Assembly: GCA_964016885.1 (NCBI GenBank)
Contig: OZ024740.1
Location: forward strand, 84,630,001 to 84,694,000
Direction of reading: 5' to 3'
Source: Eledone cirrhosa
Lineage: Eukaryota
Length of the DNA: 64,000 bases
Of the stretch, positions 51,401-63,468 are shown in pieces. Numbering within the stretch: the first letter of the stretch is position 1; each line of letters starts with the position of its first letter. Position numbers and translations under genes: made by a program. The notes beneath the pieces were generated by a model. The model ran no database searches. It was not told the DNA's origin and saw only the letters and a program-made list of their open reading frames with translations.

Positions 51401-53830
51401 AGAGTCCATTAGGTTTAGTAAGGCTTTAGCTATAGAGAAAAATGTGTCTACCCCGACGGATTGCCGCGGCTCTCGGCCACTGAGGTGGAGTGTTGCGAAA
51501 AGCCGATAACAGCCGCTGAAGTACGGGAGGCAATAACTGGCTGCACAAGGGGTAAATCGCCTGGTTTGGTGGTCTCACCTATGAACTTTACGTACAGATG
51601 CCAGACTTGTTCGGAGGCCTCTTGGCGGACGTCTACTGCAACTGGCAACAGAACAGGAGAATTCCCAGCTCTGTGACCCAAGGAGCGGTGGCGCTGCTGA
51701 GAAAGTATCCGAACAAGTGGTATAACATAGATAATTTCAGGCCCATAACTCTGCTAAACACAGAGTTCAAGATTTTGGCCAAGGTACTAGCAAAGAGGTT
51801 GGAGCTTGTCGTTGGTGGTCTGGTGGGAGAGGCGCAGACATGCGCCATTCCCGACAGATCCATCCACGACAACCTCCACCTCATGCGATACATCGTGAAG
51901 AGGATAGCTAGGGAACCTGGCTCGGGTGGGTCCTTGCTCAATTTAGATCAGTCGAAAGCTTTCGACAGGGTCGACCATCGTTACCTAGCGGCTGGCCTGA
52001 GGGCGGCTGGCTTTGGGCCCGTCTTCAGAGGCTGGATCGCTGCCATGCACAGCGACATCTGCTCTGTGGTGAGAGTGAACGGTCACCTTTCGGAACCGTT
52101 CAACATCATGCGCTCGGTCCGCCAAGAATGTCCCCTCTCGTCCCTCTTGTACGTATTGACTCTCGAGCCATTACTGCACAAACTGGAGATGTTGAGGGGG
52201 GACCCGCGCGAACTAGAATGCGGAATATCCGTGACAGCATATGCGTACGATGTCACTGTAGTGGTGCCGAGCGCCAAACACATCGAGGCGATCGGCACTA
52301 CACTAAGAGAATACGAAGCGGTGACAGGAGCAATGGTCAACCAGGAAAAGTCAGTGGGCCTGCAGCTCGGCACCTGGAGAGGCAGGTCCATGCTGTCCAA
52401 CAGCGTCGTCGGGCGGTGGGCGGACGGACCGGTTAAATTGCTAGGGGTCTGGTTCGGTCCGGACCTCCAGACGGACAAAAACTGGGACGAGGTGTCGAAC
52501 AGGGTGGCTTCTCTCACCCAGAAATGGGTGGAGAGGAAGCTATCCCTGAAAGGTCGAGCGTAGGTGACCAACGCGTACATCGCGTCCGTTATCTACTACC
52601 GCCTGACCGTTGTACCTTGTCCTAAGCCCCGCCTGACTGCGCTGGAGCGTTTGCTCTTTCGCTTTTTGTGGAAGGGACGCGCTCCGATGGTCAGGCGGTC
52701 CTTCTGTTGTCAACACCCGCCATGTGGAGGGCTGGGCATGCCGTGGCTAATGATGCGCAGACACGCGCTCAGGTTACGACATCTCCACCTCTTCCTCGAC
52801 GGTGATCAGGTGTGGTCGCCGTTTGCTAGACACGTCTTTCCCCAGCTCGTCTCCTTGACGGAGCTGCAGTCCTGAGTCAAGCGAAGACCGAGAGGGAGCG
52901 CTTGGAGACTGGAATATCTTCAGGCGCTCACAGCCCTCGACCAATTGGGCAATGTGATCGGTGGAAACTCCACCTTGGCGTTCTATAGAGGATTAGTGGA
53001 GGGGAAGAGCGACGACGTACTTGGCGTCGACGAAAATCAACTAGCCAATCTCTTCGGAAGGACTTTCGGGCAGGGGCCTATGGACAACTTCCAGAAATCC
53101 CTGGCCTGGCAGTGCTAACGAGGAGCTTTGCCAGTTCGGGATAAACTCTACAGGCATGGAGGTGCCCTCAGCCGGGCATGTCCGAGATGCGCGCAGGGCG
53201 ACGAAATCGTCCTGCACGCACTCGTCCAGTGTCCGAGCATTGCTGACTTGTGGGTTTATGTCGAACACCTGTTGTCACGTGTAGGACGGATCCAGCTATC
53301 AGCTGAGTCCATCGTGAGGATTGCCCCACCCTCTTCCTTTAGCCTGGAAGGGCAGGCAGTTTTTAACTGTCTGGTGGCCATGGCGAAAGAGATAGTATGG
53401 TGGACACGTTTGAAAGGGCTGAAGACGAGCACTTACCTCTTCGGTGATGCCCTGATTAACTTTTTCAAATTTCATTTGAAAAGGAAAATCAAGGTAGAGA
53501 CGGAAGTGCTCTCTTCCCAGCATTTTGTTGAAAGATGGGTGAGACAAGCAAGAATGGACCGAGTGAATGGGCCTACTCTGAGTATGTGTCTGTAAATTAA
53601 AGGTGGAAAACTGGGAGAGGTCACTTGCCTTGGTGGTCAGGGCACTGTGGCCTTTTAATAGGTTTTCTCCACAAATGTCCCTCGGAAGTCTCCCCCCCTA
53701 TTGGGGAATTTTTCATTGTTATTTTTTATTACATCCTCTGTTTTTTTTACACGCAGAAATGCCCATTTGTACCGTCCTGTATTGTCCTTAATGTCTACTT
53801 TATGTAAACCCATGTGGTTAATAAAGAAAG
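48494..53830 (+). mobile_element. Tx1-like LINE Tx1-C with both ends present, flanked by (TTA)n; ORF2 has internal deletions and stops
   Basis: ORF1 knuckle CVVCGEGTHLRAFC. ORF2 from ATG 50680 (MTSLRIGSINA), GDWN, NFRPITLLN, LDQSKAFD, YAYD, CPRC..HALVQC, stop at 53595. 3' end aataaagaaagc(att)n. Confidence 0.93.
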
Positions 53831-56800
53831 CATTATTATTATTATTATTATTATTATTGTGCTTTGTGTCTCAGTTATTGATGTTAGTTAACTGGAAAAT
53901 TTGTTGAAATGAATATCAAGCCACTACCTGCAGCCTCAGATATTCAGGACGTATCGGAGTGTTCTTGCTGTTCCTAGCAAGCATGCCTTTTGAATTGTTC
54001 CAAAAAGCGGGTCTGGACTAATTTTATTTAACCCTCCTTGGAAACTCTTTGAGATAGTACCTAGTGCGCCTATGACAATCGGGACCACTTTGACTTCATC
54101 GCAGTTCCAAATCCTTGTTCCCTCCCACTTTAGGTCTTGGTATCGGTTAATGTTCTCCCTCTCCTTCTCTTGCACTCTCGTGTCGAATGGGTAGTCTACA
54201 TCCACAATCAGGCACGATCTTTTTTCCTTGTCCAAAACCACCATGTCAGGTCTATTGTGTTCCAGTTTCTTGTCCGTCTGTATCCTAAAATCCCACAGCA
54301 CCTTCATCTGATCGTTTTCTATCACCGACTCTGGCTTATACTCATACCACTTCTCAGAATGTGGTAAATTGTTTATTTTGCGTAGGTGCCAGTGGATCAC
54401 CCTGCCCATCACATCATGTCTCCAGCTTTTATAGTGAGTCTGGGCTAAGTGTTTACACTCGGATACAATGTGAGCCACAGTCTCCTCTTTCTCTCCACAG
54501 ATCCTACAGAGTGGGCCAGCCTCCTCCTTGTAAATATGGTGTTTCACCCACTTCGTTTTGAGGGCCTGCTCTTGCTCAGCCATTAGCATTCCTTCTGTAG
54601 CCTTTTTAAGGTCTCCTCTTTTCAACCAGTTCCATGTCTGTGGATCTCTAAATTCAGTTTTCTCAAAGAAGGTACTATGAAGGGATTTTTCATGAAGGTT
54701 GCTCTTCTTCCTTGTTGTTATTTCCTCCTTGGACATCCCCTGGTCTATTGTCCTCTCTTTCAGCACAATTCTGAGCATTGGTTCCCTACTGTCAGTCACG
54801 TATTTGTGTAGGTTGTTTTTCTCCATCTGAACACAGTCCTCTATGCTGATAAGACATCTTCCACCTTCAGATCTCCTTGAGTAGAGTCTATCGACATCAC
54901 TCCTCTTGTGGAACATGTTGTAGATAGTCAATAGCTTCCTAGTCTTCCTATCCATTTCTTTTTGTTCAGCAACATTCCATTTCAGAATTCCCGCATTGTA
55001 CCTAGTAATAGACACGGCTCTGGAATTTACTGCACTTATGGCATTCATACTGTTCAGATGTGATTTTAATACGCTCCTTACTCTCCGAATGTACTCAGAT
55101 CTTATCAATTCCTTCATTTTTTTGTTCTTGATGTCATCAGCCTCCAGAACACCTAAATATTTGTATCCTTCTTCAGTGTCAATTTCCTTTATCATCTCAC
55201 CTGTTGGTACCTGGATTCCGTTGCTTCCGCTCAATTTACCTCTCTTCATCACTAGGACTCCACACTTACTAATACGAAATTGCATACATATATCATTGCT
55301 GAAAATACAGACAGTGTCAACAAGCACATCCAACTCCTTCTCACTCTTCCCGAAGAGCTTAAGATCGTCCACGAAGAGGAGGTGATTCATGGTAAGCTCT
55401 CCTTTTCCCAACTTGTATTCTCCTCTCACTTTTCGCAGTATAATGGTCAGGGGTATCAGGGCAAGGACAAACAACAGAGGGGACAAACTATCTCCCTGGA
55501 AGATACCTCTCTTGATCTTCACGCTTCCCAAGGATTCTCCACCCGATGTTAACTCTGTTTTCCAGGACTTCATACTTTTGCTCAACAACTGTCTGATGTT
55601 ATCTGCCACCTTGAAGATCTCCAGGCTTTTGGTTATCCAAGAATGAGGTACCATGTCGAATGCCTTTTTGTAGTCTATCCATCCCATGGCAAGACCAGTG
55701 TGTCTCCTCTTGCAATTCCTCATTACCATCTTATCAATAAGTAGCTGGTCTTTTGTACCACGGGACTTCTTTCGGCATCCTTTCTGTTCGTCCGGTAACA
55801 AGTTGTTTGTGTGGAGGTGATGGTAGATTTCCTCAGACACAATGCTTGTTAACAGTTTCCACATTACGGATAGACATGTGATAGGTCTATAGTTGGTAAC
55901 ATCATTACCCTTGATTCGGTCTTTCATTACCAGGACTGTGGTACCCTTTGTCAACCACTCTGGACCCTCCCCCGACATCAAGGAGTCATTGAACATGGTT
56001 GTCAGTTTCGGGTTGAAGGATGTTATATTTTTAATGCAATACCCCTGCACACCATCTTGGCCTGCTGATTTCCAGTTGGTTAGTTTTCTGGCCTGCCTTT
56101 TAAGGGTTTCAACTGTGATACTTAAATCAGTTGTTTGTGTGTTTGTTCACTAATCTCCTTTTGTATTGTCTCAATCCACACTGCCCGATCATTATGTTCA
56201 ACATCCTGCTCCCATATTCCTCTCCAGAATGTCTTAGTCTGTTCCGCCTCAGGTATCTAGTCGTTGCCTCTTTCTTTCCCTTCAAGCTGCCCAAACAACA
56301 TCTTCTGGTTGTTGTCAAACATGCGGTTCTGTCTATACTGACTGACTCTGCTCTCATATCGCCTAATCTTTGAACTCTTTGCTACAATGCGTTGCTTCAG
56401 TTCCTCTATGATAATATTTTCCTCTTAGTTTTGTACTTTATTTCCAGTCTATTTTTAGTGTCTATGTTTTGTAGTGTCCCATTCAGTAGGGACTCAAGCT
56501 TTCCAATGTCATTTCTCATTTCCCTGATTTGACCATTCAGTCGTTTCTTCCAACAAGGTTCTGATCTTTCTTGTTTGTTGTTTCCTCTCGTTTTTATGCC
56601 AAGTAATTTCCTCACCGCATTTGCTGTTGCTTTGAGGATATTGTTGGTGAAGGTTCCTCGCCTCAATGTATGGGATGACTTTGTTTACCTTAGCTGTTGT
56701 TTCTTTTAACTTTTTCCTGTCTACAAATCTTAGGTTCATAGGTTTCCCACTATCATTGTTCAATTCATCTACCACTAAGTTCAGAATATCAACCAAATCT

Positions 56801-57743
56801 TGTCCTAGCCCGTCAGCATTCATTTCCTCAATGGCCGTATCTTTGTTCCAGGTATTATTTATTTCAGCATTCAGATCATTGTCTGCTTCGGGCGGTTCCT
56901 CCGGTCTCTCAACCTCTTCACCTTCATTTCCCACTGGCTCGTTTGCCTGGCATACTCCACCCTCCATTTCCAACATAATCACTCTGCTCAGTTCCTCCAG
57001 TTCCAGCTCGCTTATCCACCCATTAGTTCTTATTACCCGAGCCTGCCCGGCCAATTTTTGTTCATCTAATTTAAATAGACCAATCTCGTTCCAGATGTTA
57101 TGCATCCATTTCCTATAGCCCTTTTCCTTGGGGTTGCTCTTCAGGTAACATTGCATAACAGTTCTATTCAATTCTTTCGTCCAGTTGGTTCTTGTCCCTT
57201 TCTTTCTTCTTCTTCCTCCAACACCAGCAGTATTTGGATGACAGCCAGGTCCCTGCTGCTGGGCCAGGGATCAGCTGCTGGGTGGGAGTCTGTCACATGA
57301 CGTTCCAGTCTCCACTTCACCGTTATTCGAACTGTTTAGGTTCAACATTTAAACACTCATATCGAGGATTGGTGAATGTATGGTTACATAACCACCGGTG
57401 ATTTCATCACCCCCGGTGATTTTAGCGTGGCACCATCACGCTGTAGACGAACATAAATAAACAAATAAATAGATAAAAACTTTAAAAAAATAAACAAGTT
57501 TCATTGTAATGTTTGAATGTCTGATTTAGTTTGCTTTTTTTGTTTGTTTGTTTTTTCCTTTGCGTTTTTCGTTTTTCAAGGTCAGTAACATCGGTTACTA
57601 GTGTTGCTGCTGCTGCTGCTACTGCTGCTGCTGCTAGGGGAAGTAGGGGTTGTTGTGTTCAAAACTTTTGAAATTTGTGTTTGTTGTTGCGTTTGCTTCT
57701 GTCTGTGTTCTGTTCTATAATTTTTCGACTTGTTGCTTATCAT

Positions 57744-57929
57744 TTGGCAGTATCGGTAGAGAGTCGGACACCATGCCCTGAAGCACAGAGCTACTTCCCC
57801 CTAGGGTCCGAGTTCAAATCCCGCCGAGGTTAACCCCGCCCCTCATCCCTACGGGGTCGATAAAATAAACTACCAGTAATACACTGGGTAATTGCTCGCC
57901 TTGTGTCAAAGGTAGAAACAATTATTATT
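57744..57929 (+). mobile_element. OK-like SINE with a T>C hypermutated 5' half
   Basis: gttaaccccgcccctcatccctacgg versus the usual gttaactttgcctttcatccttacgg. Confidence 0.92.
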
Positions 57930-57935
57930 TTTATT

Positions 57936-58030
57936 TTTCCTTTCATCTTTACGGGGCCGACAAAACAAAGCACCAGCAACACATCGGGGCAATTGCTGGC
58001 CCCGTGCCAAAAGCAGAAACAATTATTATT
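57936..58030 (+). mobile_element. 5'-truncated OK-like SINE, T>C hypermutated
   Basis: ggccgacaaaacaaagcaccagcaac versus the usual ggtcgataaaataaagtaccagtaat. Confidence 0.9.
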
Positions 58031-58047
58031 ATTATATTATAGTTTAG

Positions 58048-58234
58048 GGCGGTGGATTGGCAGTATCGGTAGAGAGTCGGGCGCCATGCTTTCCAGCATA
58101 GTTATGTCCCTTTACGGTCTGAGTTCAAATCCCGCCGAGGTTTACTTTGCCTTTCATCCTTACGTGGTCGATAAAATAAAGTACCAGTAATGCACTGGGT
58201 ATTTGCTGGCCTTGTGCCTAAAGTAGAAACAATG
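58048..58234 (+). mobile_element. OK-like SINE with 17 bp TSD attatattatagtttag, not hypermutated
   Basis: TSD at 58031-58047 and 58235-58251. Confidence 0.92.
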
Positions 58235-58825
58235 ATTATATTATAGTTTAGATTTGACATCGTTTAAACTAAACATTTTGAGAGAGTTTAGAGATACAAC
58301 ATAATTATTTTGGTGTTGTTGTTGTTGTTAGCTGTTTGGCCGAGTCACTAACCAAGTCTATTTATATCTTTTGATACCTTCCTCGCTTCTTTTCATGTGT
58401 AGCGGCACTACCACCATCCCTCTCTTAAGTGGTGAGGGGATAGTGGTGGTAGCGATGATGCAGTGGTAGCGATGATGCAGTGGTGGCGGTGGTGATGGGA
58501 TAGCAGTACTATAGGGATGGTGCTGGTTTGTATTTGGCTAGATTTTTGTGGTAGTGGTGATGGTGATGGTGGCGGCGGTGGTGGTGGTGTTGGTGGTGAA
58601 GTTATTTGGCTGTTGTTTTCTAGCCATTTTCTTTTCTGACTATAAAATTTCTGGTACAAAATTAAATATTAAATATTGGAGCTCTATGCCATAATGTGAT
58701 GCGTTGCCACTTCCTGAGAGTTAAGACTGATATCTCATGTTCCACTTGTAATAAGAATTATTGTATTACAATTGTTTTAAATATGTAAAAAATCAAAATC
58801 TTGCGGGAGCGATTCCATAACACTC

Positions 58826-58867
<42 letters not shown>

Positions 58868-58868
<1 letters not shown>

Positions 58869-59038
58869 GTATCGGTAGAGGGTCGGACGCCATGCTTTGC
58901 AGCACAGTTACGTCCCTTTACGGACTGAGTTCAAATCCCGCCGAGGTTAACTTTGCCTTTCATCCTTACGGGGTCGATAAAATAAAGTACCAGTAATACA
59001 CTGGGATAATTGCTGGCCTTGTGCCAAAAGTAGAAACA

Positions 59039-59045
<7 letters not shown>
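58868..59045 (+). mobile_element. OK-like SINE inserted in the (TTA)n tract between Dong copy 2 and Tx1-C'
   Basis: (TTA)n on both sides. Confidence 0.92.
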
Positions 59046-59074
<29 letters not shown>

Positions 59075-60297
59075 GGCGACCTACGTAGTAAATCGTATCA
59101 TCGTGAGCTCCGCAAATGTTTGTTGTTTTCGTTTGTTTAAAATTGCCATTTATGGAAAAATTTTATTGTTAACTGTATATAAGTGCACATACATTGTTTT
59201 CCGAAAAGGACACTCAAAAAGATTGGGGCCTTGAGCCCAAAATTTAAACTTTTATAATTATCAAAAAAAAAATTCTTCGAAAAAAACATGGACGACTCAC
59301 AGCCACACGAAGCTCAGAGCTTTCCTCACAAACTAAGACCTCACACCGACACCACCATTGTAAATATTACTACGTTTGCCAACACTAAAAATATAAGCAG
59401 TAGCAATATTTTAAATTTGTCTCAGACAGATATTCATTTCCCGCCATTACCAATGACTGCAGGTGTTAAAGCCGCCACCACCACCACCACCGCGACAACA
59501 GAAACAAAAGAAAAAAATTAATTAACTCGTGATATCGAAATGAATTCAACCAAAATGAACTCTTCCACACCGAACACCACTGACGCCACCACCACCACAA
59601 CTGAAACTAAAATTAATAATAACAAAAATAACGATAACAACAACAGCAACAATGACATTAAGAAAACCACCCTGTGTTTTGCCAGAGTAGCAAAACACTG
59701 CGAAGCATTTCAGGTAACTCAGGAGGAATTACAAGAAGCCAAAAAATGGTAAAGAAAGACGGGTACAGGGTCAGCCTCCCCCCCCCCCCCCATGGTGGTG
59801 GCGGCTTTAACACCTGCAGTCATTGGTAATGGTGGCCATGGCGAAAGAGATAGTATGGTGGACACGTTTGAAAGGGCTGAAGACGAGCACTTACCTCTTC
59901 GGTCATGCCCTGATTAACTTTTTCAAATTTCATTTGAAAAGGAAAATCAGGGTAGAGAGGGAAGTGCTCTCTTCCCACCATTTTGTTGAAAGATGGGTGA
60001 GAGAAGCAAGTATGGCCCGAGTGAATGGGCCTACTCTGAGTATGTGTCTGTAAATTAAAGGTGGAAAACTGGGAGAGGGCACTTGCCCTGGTGGTCAGGG
60101 TCACTGTGGCCTTTTAATGGGCTTTCTCCACAAATGTCCCTCGGAAGTCTCCCCCCTATTGTGGAATTTTTCATTGTTATTTTTTATTACATCCTCTGTT
60201 TTTTTTACACGCAGAAATGCCCATTTGTACCGTCCTGTATTTTCTGTACTGTCCTTAATGTCTACTTTATGTAAACCCTTGTAGTTAATAAAGAAAG

Positions 60298-60299
<2 letters not shown>
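59075..60299 (+). mobile_element. Internally deleted copy of the Tx1-C family (Tx1-C'): 5' 0.7 kb joined to 3' 0.47 kb, followed by (TTA)n
   Basis: 59075-59790 matches 48494-49195, and 59830-60299 matches 53372-53830. Confidence 0.92.
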
Positions 60300-60359
<60 letters not shown>

Positions 60360-61419
60360 GCAGCAGCAGCAACCTTATCATTATTATCATCATCAATATC
60401 ATCGACATCTTAATCACCATCATTGTGTTTAATGGAAATAATCGAGCTCGTTAATTAGAATGTGCAAACATTACAAAACCACCATTGAATTCGCTTAGTG
60501 ATGTATTTCAAAGCTTCATTAAAGATTTATCTCGATTTTCATTCATCACTATGATAGAAGTTATTCAAAGTTCCTCACATTTGCACATTCGTCAAGTACC
60601 TTCACCAAATTTAGATGTTAAGATTACAACGGCAGATTCGTAGTTAACAATATTAAAAGGGTGCCAACAAGTTAGCCATCAATTGTGTGATTTTACAACG
60701 TGTCCGTCACTTCACTCTGAATGTGATCAAGTCAACTCTCAATTATTAAGTTCACCTAGCACTAAATCGGTATTTTGAGTAAATTTAACAATTATTTTAT
60801 TAAATAATTAAGAATCCTTTCATTATCTTGTAGTAGATTTAACAATTGTTAATATTATATAATTGACGAATCTTTCATTATCTTATAGTAGCTATACTAA
60901 TACTAAGTATTCCTGTGTCTATGTAGACCTCAGTATATTAATTGGAGGGCATAGTATTTAATGCTTTCCATGTTGTTATTGTAAGAATTGAGATAAATGA
61001 CCAGGATAATTATCCGGTGGATATTGCCATAATGACACACAATCATACTCAAGTGAAAATGTCGTTAATTGTTTCTCTCCAGCTTCTACGTGTTCTGTAA
61101 TTAATTTACACTACATCATTATAAGTATGTGGTAAATTCTAGTAGGAAAAAATTAATACTGCGTCGCAATCAAAATATTTCACTCCCGGCTTAATGTACT
61201 CAGCTGCTGTGATTTTCCTGTTTTCAGTTCCACATTGTTAAGTTTCTTCAAGCATTGAACTGGTATCAGAAACCTTATCCTTTCTCTAGCACTACAGTCC
61301 GTAGTTGCAGTTTAAACTTAGTTTGTAAGGATTTCCGTTCAAATATTTTTGCTGGTTCTTCTCGTTTTGCCTCACAACATTGTATTTTATATGTGTTATA
61401 TACAGTCGATATGCTTTCA

Positions 61420-62420
61420 TATACCTATCTCTATGTATTAGCATATCACAGAGTATGGTCGTTTTGATATTTTTGCCTGTGAGGGGATTTATACGTCAAA
61501 TAGACGGTATTTCTCATCTGGTAGTTTTTTTTTTTACTTCAACTTCAGGTCAATGAGCTTTAATCTCCCTCTATATGAACATTGACATATCTCAAACTAT
61601 GGTTTCATTATCATGCTCCGACACATTTTCTTGTACTACCTCTTTTCTGTTTGTTTTTCGTAATGTTGACATACGTTCCAACATGTGTAAATCGAAACTA
61701 TCAGGTCTGTTGATATATACTTTTCTGGTTACAACTGTGCAAGCAGAGACAATGTGGTTTATTGTTTCTTTCCCACCTTCCTATATTTTGCAGTGACTTA
61801 CTATGTTCTGTTTCATCATCTGTTTGGGGGATTTTTGTGGGGTGGCTTTGATTTTCTGCTGCAATTAAGAATCCAGCGTTTTTAGCCAATGTTGTGAATT
61901 TTCCTTGTTTATTTCGTCCATATTCAGCTTTTTCGAGTATTTAACATGTAGGCACTTTTTCTTGTCAACGTTTAAGAATGGAATTGTTGATATCGTATTT
62001 CAATTAGATTTTCGTTTTTTCACCATCTCTGTTGTTTATTTTGTTTTCGTTCTCTTCATATATGTCACCTCAGCTTCTGTTTTGTATGTATTGGTTTCAT
62101 TTGGAGACAGAAAAAATTGCTTCGTAGCTATTTGTTTTAATTCTTCATTACTCTTCAGTTGGTATTTTTGTAGTCCTACAATGAATATTTGAAAGTCTCT
62201 ATCTCCATGGGTTCTTCGTATGTATAATATTTTTACATCTGGTTTCGGGTAGTGAAATCTAAATGCAGTCATTTCTTTATTCCTTTCTGTCTTGTCATGC
62301 TCATTTGTTTAGAACATTTTGTCTTATGTGGTAATCTAAAGCGTCTGTAGTATTTCTTTCATTTGTGTATGTTGAACAATGTCAATTTTATTGTTTCTTA
62401 AATATGTATATGTTTGTTTG
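61420..62420 (-). pseudogene. Highly decayed R4/Dong-like 3' fragment
   Basis: GFLIAAENQSHPTK resembles EGMLMAAQEQALKTK; traces of an RPD motif. Confidence 0.55.
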
Positions 62421-62869
62421 ATAGTACTCCATTTCATTTCCTCCGGAAAAGGGGTATTAACTTCTAAACATAAAATATAAGGTCAAAATGTAAACTGTTG
62501 TTTTGTTTGTCATACTTTACTCTCGTTTTCATTCCTTTATTTCAAATATTCTTACTTTCCCCAAACAAAGCTACCCACGTTACTGTATTTAATATTCTTT
62601 AGAAAATCATTCCTTTACATGAGTAATTTAAATTTCAAAACAAAATATAATGGAAAAATTTTCTTTCACTGCTGTACTATAAATATTTTCGGTTCAAAGA
62701 ATCTCTGTCTATAACAATGCATCAACGGCTTTTTTCGCCAAATACATCAGTCGCTTGTCTTGGCAGTAAATATTAGAGATGTGCTTTATAGCATAACAGA
62801 ATGACAGTGAATTAATAATGACGTGACTCCTAACCACAAGCTACATTTCCGAAAACATCATCATCAACA

Positions 62870-62912
<43 letters not shown>

Positions 62913-62924
62913 AATAATAATAAT

Positions 62925-63042
62925 AATTGTTTCTACTTTTGGCACAAGGCCAGCAATTACCCAGTCCATTACTGGTACTTTATTTTATCGACCCCGTAAG
63001 GATGAAAGGCAAAGTTAACCTCGGCGGGATTTGAACTCAGAT
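62925..63042 (-). mobile_element. 5'-truncated OK-like SINE next to (TAA)n/(CTA)n
   Basis: Homologous to the other copies. Confidence 0.9.
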
Positions 63043-63468
63043 TTAGCACTGAGATCATAGTTATGGTCATTGCTGTTGTTGATTGGGGTGACATTGATAT
63101 GGTTGCAGCTGTAAGAGGTGTATGAGAATTTTCTCAACTGTTCTTGTGGTGTGAGTGGTGTTGGTGGCGGCGGCAGGGAGATTGATGCTGGGGGTGTGGT
63201 GCTGGGAGTGGTGCTGGGTAAGGTGACATTGTAGCTTATAGGGGTTGCTTTTCCGATGTTATTTTCTGTCTATTTTGAGTTTGAGGTGTAAATGGGGTGC
63301 TAGTATTCTTTTTTTTTCCCTTTGTTTTGTCCTTTATGTGGGCTCCATACACATACATAAATATACATTCACACGTGCATAGTTATACACACGTATGTAT
63401 ATATACACACATATATATATACCCACACATTAGACACTGAGAATTATTATTATTAGTATTATTATTAT

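Larger units (their letters stand above)
53859..58826 (-). mobile_element. R4/Dong copy 2, tail-to-tail with Tx1-C across (TTA)n; its leader carries three SINEs
   Basis: ORF 53936..56050 is closely similar to copy 1 (FVDD, RHD, RPD). The N-terminal part is frameshifted. The leader is homologous to the copy 1 leader. Confidence 0.92.

Noticed and set aside
55366-55374. FMDD>FVDD and start ATG>GTG in Dong copy 2 as further A>G edits
   Set aside because: These are isolated transitions, indistinguishable from ordinary divergence without a full alignment.
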